From positions 1-39,064 of the forward strand of contig SKXR01000038.1 in the NCBI GenBank assembly GCA_007128275.1: DNA of 39,064 nucleotides, given 5' to 3'. Shown in pieces: positions 24,663-34,606 of the stretch. The DNA comes from Kiritimatiellia bacterium. Lineage in GTDB: Bacteria; Verrucomicrobiota; Kiritimatiellia; SLAD01. The translations under genes were made by a program, and so were the position numbers. The stretch's first letter is position 1. Every line of letters begins with the position of its first letter. Below the pieces are notes generated by a model that was given only the letters and a program-made list of their open reading frames with translations, did not search any database and had not been told where the DNA came from.

Positions 24663-24809
24663 CCCGCCCTCCAAACACGCTCGCGGCTCAAGCCGGCAAT
24701 CTGTTCCTTGCGGCGCCCTGCCGGGTAGCGGGCCGCCGGACGGTTGGATGAATCAATCGCACTCATAAGTACACACTCGCCCCCGACCCCGCTCCCGAAG
24801 GCGTCCGGA

Positions 24810-26321
24810 TCACCAACTGTACCGCACCGTGTAATGAATGGTCCGCCGTCCATCCGGCCGCAGCGTAGGCCGAAACTCGATGGTTTGGTCGCCCGTCTGC
24901 TCATACTCCGCGTCCGCGCGCACAATCTCGAATTCGTGCCAGCGATACAAGTGTTCGACGACGCGGATTTCGACGGTGTCGGTTGTGTTGTTTTCCAAGC
25001 GGATCTGGAATGTCTCTTCGTACACGCGCAGCGGGGTGATCTCCGTATAGCCCGTGCGTTCCCGTTCGCCGCGCAACCCCCGCGCGGCGCCCAACAACAC
25101 GTGACCGGGCTCGCCGACCGACGTCGGCAACAGGGTGTCTTCGCCAAGAAACTCGACCGCGCCATCGGCTTTGCGCTGATACAGCCGGAACAGGCCGGGC
25201 GGCAGATTGAGGCCCAACCCTTCCGCGGGATCATTCTCAAAACGCAAATGCGTATCCACCACCGAATGCGATTCCGTCCCATAGTTCCAGTCGTTGCGAC
25301 GATGCCGCTGAAAGCGGTCGAATCGGACCCCGTCATACACGTAGAAGCGGGACACGGGCAACGCATCCACCCGGGCGTATTGGACGAACTTGTGATCGCC
25401 GTGTTTGAGGGTCACCGGTTGTTCCAAGCGATAGGTCTGGACAGGCATCAGCGTGGCCGCCGTTTCTTCAAAGGTGGGTTCCTCCGCGCCGTACATATAC
25501 CGCAAGGCGGGCGCGGTAGTCCGTTGGGCCCGGGGCGAAGCCACCGCCGAACGCCGGCGATCGGCCAGCAGACCGCGTTCCGTCGCAATCAGCTGAATCC
25601 CGGCCTCCTGGAAATCACCGCCGGACTGGTTATCCAACCCGACGCGCGCGGCGAAATACGCGGACTCTCCGTCTTCGTCGAGGACCACCTCATAGGCGGC
25701 TTGCCAGCGGATCTCGTCTACGCGATAGGTCAACCGTATATTCTGCGGGCCTTCCTGATCCACTTGCGCGCGCCATTGCAAGACCGGTTCAATATGGGCC
25801 AGCCGACGGACGTCAGGCAGAACGACCTGTTGTACGTTGTCGGCACGAACAAACACCCGCGCCTCCCGGTCGTCGGATTCGATCATGAGCAACCCCGCTT
25901 GTCCGGGGGCTTCCGCCCAACGAGGCGCATGCAAAAGCCGACCCGCATGGCGTTCGCCCTGCGCAACGACTTCAATTGGGCGCCCGAGATAGCGGGTCAA
26001 AAGTTTGTCGGGCGAAGCGGAGTCGTAGAAGAACTGCTGTTCAAGAACTTGCAGGCCGGGCAGACCAACCAGCGGGATAAAGGAAACCGTCGAGGGATCG
26101 AGCAACGGAGGCAACTGACGGAAGCGGATCACATTCTCACCGCTCGCCGGTGTGAGTCGCCGCATTTCGCTGACCAACCCGAATCCCTGATCATACAAGA
26201 CAAGCGCCGTGGATTGCGGCGGTGACGCCTCCGATTCAATCGGGTCGCCGTGGACGGCATCGACGGCCGCCGAAGCCCCCAACAACCATGCCAGTAGAAG
26301 ACCTTGTATGTTCCTGTTCAT
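24810..26321 (-). CDS. Secreted DUF4139-type (MuiA-like) protein, paralogue 1
   Basis: 503 aa with a signal peptide, MNRNIQGLLLAWLLGASAA. N-terminal block LVLYDQGFGLVSEMRRLTPASGENVIRFRQLPPLLDPSTVSF. C-terminal block TFQIRLENNTTDTVEIRVVEHL...RTIHYTVRYSW. Confidence 0.7.
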   Translation of the reverse strand: MNRNIQGLLLAWLLGASAAVDAVHGDPIESEASPPQSTALVLYDQGFGLVSEMRRLTPASGENVIRFRQLPPLLDPSTVSFIPLVGLPGLQVLEQQFFYDSASPDKLLTRYLGRPIEVVAQGERHAGRLLHAPRWAEAPGQAGLLMIESDDREARVFVRADNVQQVVLPDVRRLAHIEPVLQWRAQVDQEGPQNIRLTYRVDEIRWQAAYEVVLDEDGESAYFAARVGLDNQSGGDFQEAGIQLIATERGLLADRRRSAVASPRAQRTTAPALRYMYGAEEPTFEETAATLMPVQTYRLEQPVTLKHGDHKFVQYARVDALPVSRFYVYDGVRFDRFQRHRRNDWNYGTESHSVVDTHLRFENDPAEGLGLNLPPGLFRLYQRKADGAVEFLGEDTLLPTSVGEPGHVLLGAARGLRGERERTGYTEITPLRVYEETFQIRLENNTTDTVEIRVVEHLYRWHEFEIVRADAEYEQTGDQTIEFRPTLRPDGRRTIHYTVRYSW

Positions 26322-26396
26322 CAGTAACTCCGATTAAGTGATCGATTCATCAATACGGACCCTATCGTAACAGACTTTACTCAAAATCGAAGCAAG

Positions 26397-26427
26397 AAAA
26401 AGGGCCCCCGGATCACTCCGGAGGCCC
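26397..26427 (-). terminator. Intrinsic terminator downstream of yceI
   Basis: The minus strand reads GGGCCTCCGG-AGTGAT-CCGGGGGCCC (10-bp stem with one G-U pair), followed directly by TTTTTCTT. Confidence 0.7.
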
Positions 26428-26448
26428 CTCCATGATCATCTCGTCCGA

Positions 26449-27048
26449 CTATTCCTTGATCGCCTGAATGTTGATATCGAAGTTCGCCATGGCGCCGATC
26501 ATCCGGTCGGCCGCACCATCGAAGGCCACGCCGAAATCGTTCCGATCCACGGAACCGGTGATTTCCAGGCCGACGCGCGTACCCCCCCAAGGATCCTCGA
26601 CCGGAGCGCTCATCGTCACAGGCAAGGTCACTTCTTTCGTGACGTCCTTGATGGTCAGATCACCCACCAGCGCATAGCCGTCGTTGTGTGCAACGACCTC
26701 CTTGCTGTGGAAGGTAATCTCCGGATACGTGTCGACCTCAAAGAAGTCCTCACTTCGCAAGTGGTCATCACGGCGGTCGTTGTTGGTGTCGATACTGGCC
26801 GCTTGAATCGTGGCTTTCACGGACAACGTAGTGATATCGTCGCCCGCAAGCCGGACCTGTCCCTCGTATTCGCCGAATAGGCCCCGCACATTGGTGATCC
26901 CCATGTGGCGAATGCTGAAACCGACGGACGTATGGGCTTTGTCCAAGCCATAGCTATCACCGGCATATTCATCTCCGTGACTCCCGGCAAATGCCGGAGC
27001 CGCCAGCGCGATACCGCTCGCAACAATTAGGGTCAATAGCTTCTTCAT
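26449..27048 (-). CDS. yceI: YceI-family periplasmic (polyisoprenoid-binding) protein
   Basis: 199 aa with a signal peptide. Contains DKAHTSVGFSIRHMGITNVRGLF, ASIDTNNDRRDDHLRSEDFFEVDTYPEITF and GDLTIKDVTKEVTLPV. Confidence 0.85.
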   Translation of the reverse strand: MKKLLTLIVASGIALAAPAFAGSHGDEYAGDSYGLDKAHTSVGFSIRHMGITNVRGLFGEYEGQVRLAGDDITTLSVKATIQAASIDTNNDRRDDHLRSEDFFEVDTYPEITFHSKEVVAHNDGYALVGDLTIKDVTKEVTLPVTMSAPVEDPWGGTRVGLEITGSVDRNDFGVAFDGAADRMIGAMANFDINIQAIKE

Positions 27049-27136
27049 AACAGATACTCTCCTCTTGGCATGGTTAACACTTCACGCACGCTGTAATGTG
27101 CGACACAATAGATGAGTCGATTGTTCAATCAAATCC

Positions 27137-28309
27137 TTACAGGGTATCGATACCGGCGACGGTCCGGTTCAGCTCTTCCGGGGTGTTATAGAAGTGCGGA
27201 GAGAATCGCAAATAGGGGGTTCCATCCCTTGAACAGCGTAGCGAAGCGCGGATATGCGATGCGGTTAATCGTTTGAACAACTCCGGCATGTTCAGCGTGG
27301 GATGGGTGACGCTGATGATTCCCGACTGGCGTTTTTCACCCGCTTCCCGCATACACGGGGGACATGCGAATCCCCTTTCTCGAAGCGCTTCCAGCAGAGC
27401 CGCTCGCAAGGCAAGAATCCGGTCCGCCACCGCATCGATGCCCACATCCTGCAACAGTTCGAGGGACGCGTCCATGGCCAGAATGCCCGGAATATTCAGC
27501 GTGCCGGGTTCGTATCTTCGTGCCCCGGCGTAATAGGCGATGTGGTCTTGCGCGATGAATTCAGGCGACACCACATTCCACGCGCCCAGCAAGGTTGGCT
27601 TCAGGCGTTCGTGATGGGCCTCACGCACATAGAAGAGGCCGGCGCCCACCGGGCCCAGCATCCATTTATGCGAGTCGGCGCTCAAGAAATCCACATGCTC
27701 CACGGACGTCGGAAACGCTCCCAACGTCTGAATGCCGTCCAGACAGAAAAGAATATCGCGCTCATGCAACTTTCTACCCATTTCATCCACGTCAATTCGG
27801 AAGCCGGTCAAATAATGGCAGGAGGCCAGGGCCACCATGCGGGTCGCGGGGGACAAGGTGCGCTCGACGGCGGCCCACGTGACTTCGCCCAAGCGCTCGG
27901 TTCTCAGCGGCACGGGGGTCACCCCCCTTTCCTTCAACGCCAGCCAAGGATACACGTTGGCCGGGTAATCGTCGGCATAATAGATGACTTCATCGCCCGA
28001 TTCCCACGGCCATCCATTGGCGACCAGATTCAACCCCAACGCCGTCGGCCCCAGCAGCGCCATTTCCTGAGCCTGTGCGCCGATGAGGTCGGCCGCCCGT
28101 TTGCGGGCGCCGGCGATACGGCGCCATATTTCGTCGTCTTCCTGTCCCGTATGCGCGGCGTAATCCGCATAGTCGGCCAGGGCCTTTCGCGCCACCTGAG
28201 GGAGCGCCGTCACGCCGGCATGCGCCAGAAACACGTGGTCCCGCACAATTGGAAATTGTTCGCGCCGCCAGCGCTCATCATTCAGCGGTTGCTTGATCAA
28301 TGTACTCAT
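27137..28309 (-). CDS. Class V aminotransferase / cysteine-desulfurase-like PLP enzyme
   Basis: Contains the PLP-lysine motif FLSADSHKWMLGP and a fold-type I layout. Start at ATG 28307-28309 (MSTLIKQP...). The alternative ATG at 28333 would overlap the divergent exonuclease gene. Confidence 0.75.
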   Translation of the reverse strand: MSTLIKQPLNDERWRREQFPIVRDHVFLAHAGVTALPQVARKALADYADYAAHTGQEDDEIWRRIAGARKRAADLIGAQAQEMALLGPTALGLNLVANGWPWESGDEVIYYADDYPANVYPWLALKERGVTPVPLRTERLGEVTWAAVERTLSPATRMVALASCHYLTGFRIDVDEMGRKLHERDILFCLDGIQTLGAFPTSVEHVDFLSADSHKWMLGPVGAGLFYVREAHHERLKPTLLGAWNVVSPEFIAQDHIAYYAGARRYEPGTLNIPGILAMDASLELLQDVGIDAVADRILALRAALLEALRERGFACPPCMREAGEKRQSGIISVTHPTLNMPELFKRLTASHIRASLRCSRDGTPYLRFSPHFYNTPEELNRTVAGIDTL

Positions 28310-28324
28310 GTGTATGGTTATCCC

Positions 28325-29110
28325 ATGATTCATGAAATTCTACAACGCCCGCTCGCCGTTTTTGACATTGAATCCACGGGATTAAACAAGAAGACGGACC
28401 GGATCATCGATCTGGCCATCGTCCGCATCCATCCCGATGGCACACAGGATGCGCATTCCTTTCGGGTCAACCCGGAACGGCCCATTCCCAAAGATTCCAC
28501 CGAAGTGCACGGCATCACGGACGATGACGTCAAGGACGCGCCCACGTTCAAGGAGGTCGCCCCGCAAGTGGTTACGTTGCTGGATCCGTGTGATTTCAGC
28601 GGCTTCAATGTGCTTCGCTACGACGCGCCCTTGCTCCTTGAGGAATTTGCGCGGGTGGGCGTGCCCTTTTCCATGGAAGGCCGCCGTATCCTGGACGCAC
28701 AACGAATCTTCCATATCAAGGAACCGCGGGACTTGTCGGCGGCGCTGACCTTCTACTGCGGCGAAATGCATCTCGGCGCACACGGCGCATTGGATGATGT
28801 GCTGGCCACGGTCCGGGTGCTGGACGCACAATTCGAACGATACGAAGATCTCCCGAAGGACATGGACGCGTTGGACGCGCTGTGCAATCCAAGGGATCCG
28901 CGTTGGGCCGATGCATCGGGGAAGATTAAATGGCAGGATGGCGACTTGGTGGTCAATTTTGGCCAACAACAGGGCCAACCCCTTCGCACACTGGCGGCCA
29001 AGAATGCCGGGTATCTCGAATGGATTCTGCGCAGTGATTTTCCGGACGATACGAAAGATCTGGTGCGCAATGCGATGAGCAACCGTTATCCGGATCCGCC
29101 CTCCGCCTGA
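28325..29110 (+). CDS. DEDDh 3'-5' exonuclease (DnaQ/epsilon-like) with a C-terminal extension
   Basis: The ATG at 28325 gives MIHEILQRPLAVFDIESTGL (Exo I). Also HGITDDDV (Exo II) and HGALDDVLAT (Exo III, H-x4-D). The track ORF 27302-29110 is this gene fused in frame to antisense read-through of the aminotransferase gene. Confidence 0.8.
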   Translation: MIHEILQRPLAVFDIESTGLNKKTDRIIDLAIVRIHPDGTQDAHSFRVNPERPIPKDSTEVHGITDDDVKDAPTFKEVAPQVVTLLDPCDFSGFNVLRYDAPLLLEEFARVGVPFSMEGRRILDAQRIFHIKEPRDLSAALTFYCGEMHLGAHGALDDVLATVRVLDAQFERYEDLPKDMDALDALCNPRDPRWADASGKIKWQDGDLVVNFGQQQGQPLRTLAAKNAGYLEWILRSDFPDDTKDLVRNAMSNRYPDPPSA

Positions 29111-29113
29111 TTC

Positions 29114-29737
29114 CTATTCCAGGATCTTCATTGCTTCCGCCGCGCGGCGGCACTTCTCCACTTGTTCCAGATACTCGTTGATCCGGTTCCGATCGATTCT
29201 CGCTTCGCGGGCCAGGCGCACGGCTTCCTGAGCCGCCCGCACCGCACGGTCGTAATCGCCTGAAACGTAATGCCCCTCCGAAAGGGTGTTCCAGACATGG
29301 AAATTGTTCGGCTGAAGCAACAAGGCTTCCTGCGCCAGTTCCACCGCCCGTCCGCCGTCGCGGATCGCAGGATCGCCCGCCGTGGCATACAACCATGCGA
29401 GATTATTCAGAACGGGAAATTCATTTGGGAATTCCTCCATCAAACGTTCCAGCAACCTGATCGCTTCAGCGTATCGCCCTTGTTTGATAAACAGCGCACC
29501 CATCCCGAAACGCGCGTCCTTCGATTGCGGCTGCATCCGAAGCGCCTCGTTGAAGAGACGTTCGGACTCCACAAGTTGCTCCCGCTGCATGGCTTCGGAC
29601 GCGGACACCAGGAGATTCCGAAATGTTTCCTGGTTCGCGCGACTGACCGTCCCCTGCTGGGCGGGGGCCGCCCCGGTCCAGCCGAGAAAGCCGGCCAGCA
29701 GCACGCTTGTGAACGCAATTCTACAGGGTCCCATCAT
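29114..29737 (-). CDS. Secreted TPR protein, last gene of the cdaA-cdaR unit
   Basis: 207 aa with a signal peptide, FTSVLLAGFLGWTGAAPAQQ. TPR motifs (AEAIRLLERLMEEFPNEFPVLNNLAWLYA...). The start overlaps the cdaR stop (ATGA). Confidence 0.75.
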   Translation of the reverse strand: MMGPCRIAFTSVLLAGFLGWTGAAPAQQGTVSRANQETFRNLLVSASEAMQREQLVESERLFNEALRMQPQSKDARFGMGALFIKQGRYAEAIRLLERLMEEFPNEFPVLNNLAWLYATAGDPAIRDGGRAVELAQEALLLQPNNFHVWNTLSEGHYVSGDYDRAVRAAQEAVRLAREARIDRNRINEYLEQVEKCRRAAEAMKILE

Positions 29738-30738
29738 GGGTATCGTCCTCCGGATCCCGCAGCGTCGGCGGCGGTCGGTGATATTTCGCTGCCCACCCTT
29801 ACACGGACGACAGGAGGCTCAACGCTTTCGACCCGAATGCGCGGCGGCACATGAATCCGCACAGGGACCTCACGCACTTCGCCCGGTTCCACACCCGTCA
29901 AGTCCACATAAACCGTGATATCCTTCTGAGCAAGCGTTTCCAAGAGTTCCGCGCGACCCACCAATTGGATGGTGGCATGCGTCGGCGTCAACTCCACCTC
30001 GCGCCACGGCGCAGCTCCGAACAGGGACTTTATTCGCAGATCCTCAAACGTGACGGTGGCGGACCGTTCGACCAGCACCACCTCGACCTCCACGCGTTCG
30101 GGCTCCATGCGCGCGGTCCAGGTGCGACTGGGCGAGACGAGCGCCACCCGCAATTTAAACGATTGCAGGCGCCCTTCCATATCGATCGGCGTGGTCCGGA
30201 TGGCTTCAATGGCATCCAAGCGCTGGCGCGGACCGCTGACGGTGACCATGGACGGCGTGGCTTTCATGGATTCCACTTCATAACCTTCCGGAGGGTTCCC
30301 TTGAATATGCACCCGGACGGGGACCTGACGGTCCTCTTCCTGATCCACGCTCAACACCACTTCAGACGGCCGGATGAAGACCGGACGCACAGCGGGTGGC
30401 GCGCGCACCGTGCGCAATTCAAGCGGGACGGTAAGCGAGTCCTCATAGGTTCTCCCCCGGATATCCACCACCACTTCCAACTCTTCCTGCACCAGATAGC
30501 GGATGCCTTCGCGCGATCCCCTGAAGTGCACATCGACACTGCCCGCCGATTGCTCCAACACAGCCCAGCCGGGATCCAGCAGTACGCGCACGGGCACATC
30601 GGTGACGATGGTTTCAAAGCTGATGGCCGGCTGAATGGCGTACCAAGAGACCGCCGCCAACAGGAGGGCCATGATTTTGGCCCACTTGTTCCGGGACAGA
30701 CTTCGAAGCAAATGGAGTACTCTATCTTTCATGTTCAT
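29734..30738 (-). CDS. cdaR: YbbR-domain protein (CdaR-like regulator of diadenylate cyclase)
   Basis: 334 aa. An N-terminal TM segment (KIMALLLAAVSWYAI) is followed by repeated beta-rich YbbR-type modules (VPVRV...GW...VDV.F.G). It overlaps the end of cdaA. Confidence 0.7.
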   Translation of the reverse strand: MNMKDRVLHLLRSLSRNKWAKIMALLLAAVSWYAIQPAISFETIVTDVPVRVLLDPGWAVLEQSAGSVDVHFRGSREGIRYLVQEELEVVVDIRGRTYEDSLTVPLELRTVRAPPAVRPVFIRPSEVVLSVDQEEDRQVPVRVHIQGNPPEGYEVESMKATPSMVTVSGPRQRLDAIEAIRTTPIDMEGRLQSFKLRVALVSPSRTWTARMEPERVEVEVVLVERSATVTFEDLRIKSLFGAAPWREVELTPTHATIQLVGRAELLETLAQKDITVYVDLTGVEPGEVREVPVRIHVPPRIRVESVEPPVVRVRVGSEISPTAADAAGSGGRYP

Positions 30739-31594
30739 CCGCCAATTCCGCCAATATGGCCTCGGTCTTGGCCACGCCCTGCGGCGTCAGATCCAGTTTC
30801 TCGCGCATCCGGCGAAGCGGGCTCTTGGCCTGGCGCGACCGGGAAAGGATCGAAGCCAGAATGCGGTGTAGCCGATCCTGATCAATCCCGCGACTCAACC
30901 GGCCTTTGTACGCCACCGAAATGGCGCCGGTTTCTTCCGACACCACGATCACCACCGCATCGGTTTCTTCCGTAAAGCCGATGGCCGCGCGATGCCGTGT
31001 GCCGAGCGACCGGCTCAGTTCCATGCGCTGCGACAAGGGAAACACGCACCCCGCCGCCAGTATGCGATCGCCCTTGATGACCACCCCCCCGTCATGCAGC
31101 GGCGTATGCGGGAAGAAGATCGACGTCAACAGTTCCGGCGTCACGATGCTGTCCAGGCGCGTACCGGACTCTTGAATATGGCGCGTCCCGATTTCGCGCT
31201 CGACGGCAATCAAGGCGCCTATCTTTTGCTCGGCGAGATCGCTCACGGCCTTGACGACTTCATCCACCACTTCCCGTTCGGCGGCGCTCGCGTTGAAAAC
31301 GGATTGCTTGCCCAGTTCGGCCAAGGCGCGCCGGATCTCGGGTTGAAAGATGATGATGAAAGCCACCGCCAAATAGACGGAGAACCGTTGCAAGAGCCAG
31401 CTCAAGGTGTTGAGGCTTAAGAGATGCGCAAGCACCATCAACAGGATCAACAACAGAACCAGACCGGACAAGACGGCAGCACCACGCGTGCCGCGAAAGA
31501 AACTGATCACATAATAGAAGACAACAGCGAGGACGAGTATTTCTATAACCCCCGTCCATTCAGGGAGATGAAGCTGTTGGATCCAAGTCGCCAT
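30722..31594 (-). CDS. cdaA: Diadenylate cyclase CdaA (c-di-AMP synthase), membrane-anchored
   Basis: Three N-terminal TM segments, then a DAC domain with GALIAVERE, PLHDGGVVIKGDRILAAGC and LGTRHRAAIGFTEETDAVVIVVSEETG. Confidence 0.9.
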   Translation of the reverse strand: MATWIQQLHLPEWTGVIEILVLAVVFYYVISFFRGTRGAAVLSGLVLLLILLMVLAHLLSLNTLSWLLQRFSVYLAVAFIIIFQPEIRRALAELGKQSVFNASAAEREVVDEVVKAVSDLAEQKIGALIAVEREIGTRHIQESGTRLDSIVTPELLTSIFFPHTPLHDGGVVIKGDRILAAGCVFPLSQRMELSRSLGTRHRAAIGFTEETDAVVIVVSEETGAISVAYKGRLSRGIDQDRLHRILASILSRSRQAKSPLRRMREKLDLTPQGVAKTEAILAELADEHER

Positions 31595-32453
31595 ATTTTC
31601 TTTCCTCGGCTTTCATTCTATCCGCAACCCGTGCCGCATCGCAAGATTCCTTTACGTCATGCACACGAATAATTGCAGCACCCCGCAGTATCGCGCAGGT
31701 CATCGCCGCCAGACTGGCGGGCAATCGCGCGTCCACTTCCCGTTCGCACAACGCCCCGAGAAAGCGCTTGCGCGAGAGTCCCACCAGCACGGGATATCCC
31801 CGACCGATCAACAAGGGCAACTGCGCCAGCAACGTCCAGTTATGCGCAAAGGTCTTTCCAAACCCGATCCCGGGATCCCACACAAGACGGTCTTCCGGAA
31901 TTCCCGCCGTCACACACGCCCGCGCGCGTTCCACCAGGAAATCGCCGACCTCGCGCACCACGTCCCTATACTCCGGCTCGTCCTGCATCGTGCGGGGCGT
32001 GCCCTGCATATGCGTCAGAACGACCCCCGCTCCATACGACACCGCGACCTCGGCCATCTCCGGGTCATGACGCAACGCGGAAATATCATTGATGATATGC
32101 GCCCCCGCCTCCATGGCCACTCGCGCCACCTCGGCTTTGGTCGTGTCTATGGAAATGAGGGCATGGGTCTCTTCGCGCAGCGCCGTGATGACCGGTGCAA
32201 CACGTCGAATCTCCTCCGCCGACGACACCGGTTCGGCGCCCGGTCGGCTGGATTCCCCCCCCACATCAATGATATCGGCGCCCTCTTCCATGAAACGTCG
32301 TGATTGTGCGATCGCACTGTGATGATCATGGCTCACCCCGCCGTCGTAAAAGGAGTCGGGGGTGACATTCACGATCCCCATGATCAACGTCCGTTCACCC
32401 AGCGTCACATGCCGGTCGCGACAAATCCAAGTGCGCGCAGCGAGTGAAGTCAT
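31560..32453 (-). CDS. folP: Dihydropteroate synthase
   Basis: Start at ATG 32451-32453, 11 nt after the ftsH stop. Contains IMGIVNVTPDSFYDGG, IIDVGGESSRPGA and DPGIGFGKT. Confidence 0.9.
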   Translation of the reverse strand: MTSLAARTWICRDRHVTLGERTLIMGIVNVTPDSFYDGGVSHDHHSAIAQSRRFMEEGADIIDVGGESSRPGAEPVSSAEEIRRVAPVITALREETHALISIDTTKAEVARVAMEAGAHIINDISALRHDPEMAEVAVSYGAGVVLTHMQGTPRTMQDEPEYRDVVREVGDFLVERARACVTAGIPEDRLVWDPGIGFGKTFAHNWTLLAQLPLLIGRGYPVLVGLSRKRFLGALCEREVDARLPASLAAMTCAILRGAAIIRVHDVKESCDAARVADRMKAEERKYGDLDPTASSP

Positions 32454-32463
32454 GAAGGCGTTC

Positions 32464-34476
32464 CTAGGCCACCGAGGGTCCGGCCTCCGAGGCCGGCACC
32501 GTAGCATCGATGGGTTTCTTGGGCTTGGCGGACTTCGCCGTTTCCTTTTCGGTTTCCGCGGCGGCTTCCTCGTCGGATTCGGCGCGTTCCACCTCCGTCA
32601 AGAGACGCCCGTGTTTGACGAGTTCCTCCACCTCGCGGCCATCCAGCGTCTCCCGTTCCAACAACAATTCCGCCAGCTTATCCAGCTCCGTTCGATGTTC
32701 TTTCAGGATCGTCACCGCGCGGTCGTACGCTTGCGTAACGAGCCGACTCACTTCCTGGTCAATCTTGCGGGAGGTTTCTTCGCTAAACTCTTGAGCGCGG
32801 CCCATTTCCCGCCCTACAAACACCGGTTCCCCGCTATGGCCGAACGTTTGCGGTCCCAAGAGCGGGCTCATACCCCATTCACACACCATCATGCGCGCAA
32901 TACGCGTGGCCTGCTTGAGATCGCTGTATGCCCCCGTGGTAACGTCTCCAAAGACAATCTCCTCGGCGGCGCGCCCCCCCATGATGCCGTTGAGCATCGA
33001 CAATAGCTTGCGCCGGCTTTCCGTATACCGGTCTTTCTCCGGCAATTGCATGGTGGAACCCAGGGATTGTCCCCGTGGAATGATCGTGACCTTGTGCAAA
33101 GGCTCACTCCCTTCCGACAACAACATCGCCAAGGCATGTCCGCTTTCATGATAGGCGGTCAGCCGCTTCTCGTTGTCGTCCATCAGACGACTACGCCGTT
33201 CGCGGCCCCATCGGACCTTGTCACGCGCCTCTTCCAGATGGGCGAGGCCCACGCGATCCGCGTTCTCGCGGGCGGCCAACAGGGCCGCCTCGTTGATGAG
33301 GTTCGCCAGATCGGCGCCGGAAAAACCGGGGGTGCCGCGGGCCACGCGCCGCAGATCGAGGTCGGGCTCCAACTTGATCTTCTTGCAATGGATCTTGAGA
33401 ATGGCTTCCCGCCCTTCCAGCGTCGGCAAATCGATCACGATCTGCCGGTCAAACCGTCCCGGACGAAGTAGCGCAGGATCCAACACATCGGGCCGGTTCG
33501 TGGCCGCAATGATGATCACACCTTCCTGTGTATCGAAGCCGTCCATCTCAACAAGCAACGCGTTCAGGGTCTGTTCCCGTTCGTCATGGCCGCCGCCGAT
33601 CCCGCTGAACCGGCTGCGTCCCACGGCGTCAATTTCGTCAATGAAGATGATACACGGCGCATTCTTCTTGCCCTGCTCGAACATGTCCCGCACGCGGGAC
33701 GCGCCTACGCCGACAAACATTTCCACGAAATCCGAGCCGCTGATGCTGAAGAAAGGCACTTCCGCTTCGCCGGCAATCGCTCTCGCCAGCAACGTCTTGC
33801 CCGTGCCCGGCGGCCCGACCAGCAAGACCCCTTTGGGAATGCGTCCACCCAATTTCTGAAAGCGTTTGGGATCCTTCAAGAACTCAATGATCTCGTGCAC
33901 TTCGTCTTTTGCTTCTTCAATGCCCGCGACTTCGCCGAACGTGATCTTGTTCTTCTCGCGGGTCAACAAACGGGCCCGGCTCTTGCCAAAACTCATCGCG
34001 CCTTTCCCCGCCATGCGCATCTGGCGTATGAAGAAGAAGTACAACAACCCGATGATCAGCAGAAACGGGATCGCCCCGGTAATGAGCGACCACAGGTACG
34101 GGTTCTGCGGCTTGTATTCAAACGGCACCCCGTTCTCCAACAACAGCTTCTCCAACGCTTCCGTTGCCGGGGCGTCCACACGGAATTTCTGGGGCCGTCC
34201 GGTCTTGGGATCCACATCAACCAGCTCCCCACGAACATACTGTTGGCCGGACACTTCCAACACGACTTCCGCCTTGGAAATCTTTCCCTGCTCCACTTTC
34301 CGGATAAAATCGGGACTGTACGGCAGGCGCGTTTCCCGTTCCTGCCCTTGGGAGAAGACCTGATACATGGTCAATGACATGGCCAGCAACAAAAGCCACA
34401 TCGCCAATCCCCGAATAGGGAATCGCTGTGGCTCGTCGCCTCCGGAACCGGCGCTGTTGTTTTTCTTTTTGTCCAT
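32464..34476 (-). CDS. ftsH: ATP-dependent zinc metalloprotease FtsH
   Basis: Contains Walker [19 protein letters not shown], the AAA second region of homology, and the zinc site HESGHAL. I prefer the ATG at 34474-34476 (MDKKKNN...). The track ORF extends to 34527. Confidence 0.95.
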   Translation of the reverse strand: MDKKKNNSAGSGGDEPQRFPIRGLAMWLLLLAMSLTMYQVFSQGQERETRLPYSPDFIRKVEQGKISKAEVVLEVSGQQYVRGELVDVDPKTGRPQKFRVDAPATEALEKLLLENGVPFEYKPQNPYLWSLITGAIPFLLIIGLLYFFFIRQMRMAGKGAMSFGKSRARLLTREKNKITFGEVAGIEEAKDEVHEIIEFLKDPKRFQKLGGRIPKGVLLVGPPGTGKTLLARAIAGEAEVPFFSISGSDFVEMFVGVGASRVRDMFEQGKKNAPCIIFIDEIDAVGRSRFSGIGGGHDEREQTLNALLVEMDGFDTQEGVIIIAATNRPDVLDPALLRPGRFDRQIVIDLPTLEGREAILKIHCKKIKLEPDLDLRRVARGTPGFSGADLANLINEAALLAARENADRVGLAHLEEARDKVRWGRERRSRLMDDNEKRLTAYHESGHALAMLLSEGSEPLHKVTIIPRGQSLGSTMQLPEKDRYTESRRKLLSMLNGIMGGRAAEEIVFGDVTTGAYSDLKQATRIARMMVCEWGMSPLLGPQTFGHSGEPVFVGREMGRAQEFSEETSRKIDQEVSRLVTQAYDRAVTILKEHRTELDKLAELLLERETLDGREVEELVKHGRLLTEVERAESDEEAAAETEKETAKSAKPKKPIDATVPASEAGPSVA

Positions 34477-34606
34477 ACTCTTGTTGCTGTGCATTAAGGG
34501 GTTCGATTCGAATCCGGTGCAAGGCATCCGCCAAACGGGGTTGGCTGATTGCGTATACCGTCACTCATGAAGAGCGATTAATCAAGCCCCTATTCGGTCA
34601 TTTACG

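Noticed and set aside
27302-28324. The N-terminal 341 aa of the 602-aa plus-strand ORF 27302-29110
   Set aside because: This part is antisense to the class V aminotransferase and happens to be in frame with the exonuclease gene. The exonuclease family begins a few residues before the DIESTG motif, which fits the ATG at 28325.
34495-34520. tRNA-like T-arm string ggggttcgattcgaatccgg upstream of ftsH
   Set aside because: The flanks are not complementary, so no 5-bp T-stem can form. No acceptor or anticodon arms can be drawn in the 130-nt spacer. It also lies in the optional N-terminal extension of the ftsH ORF.
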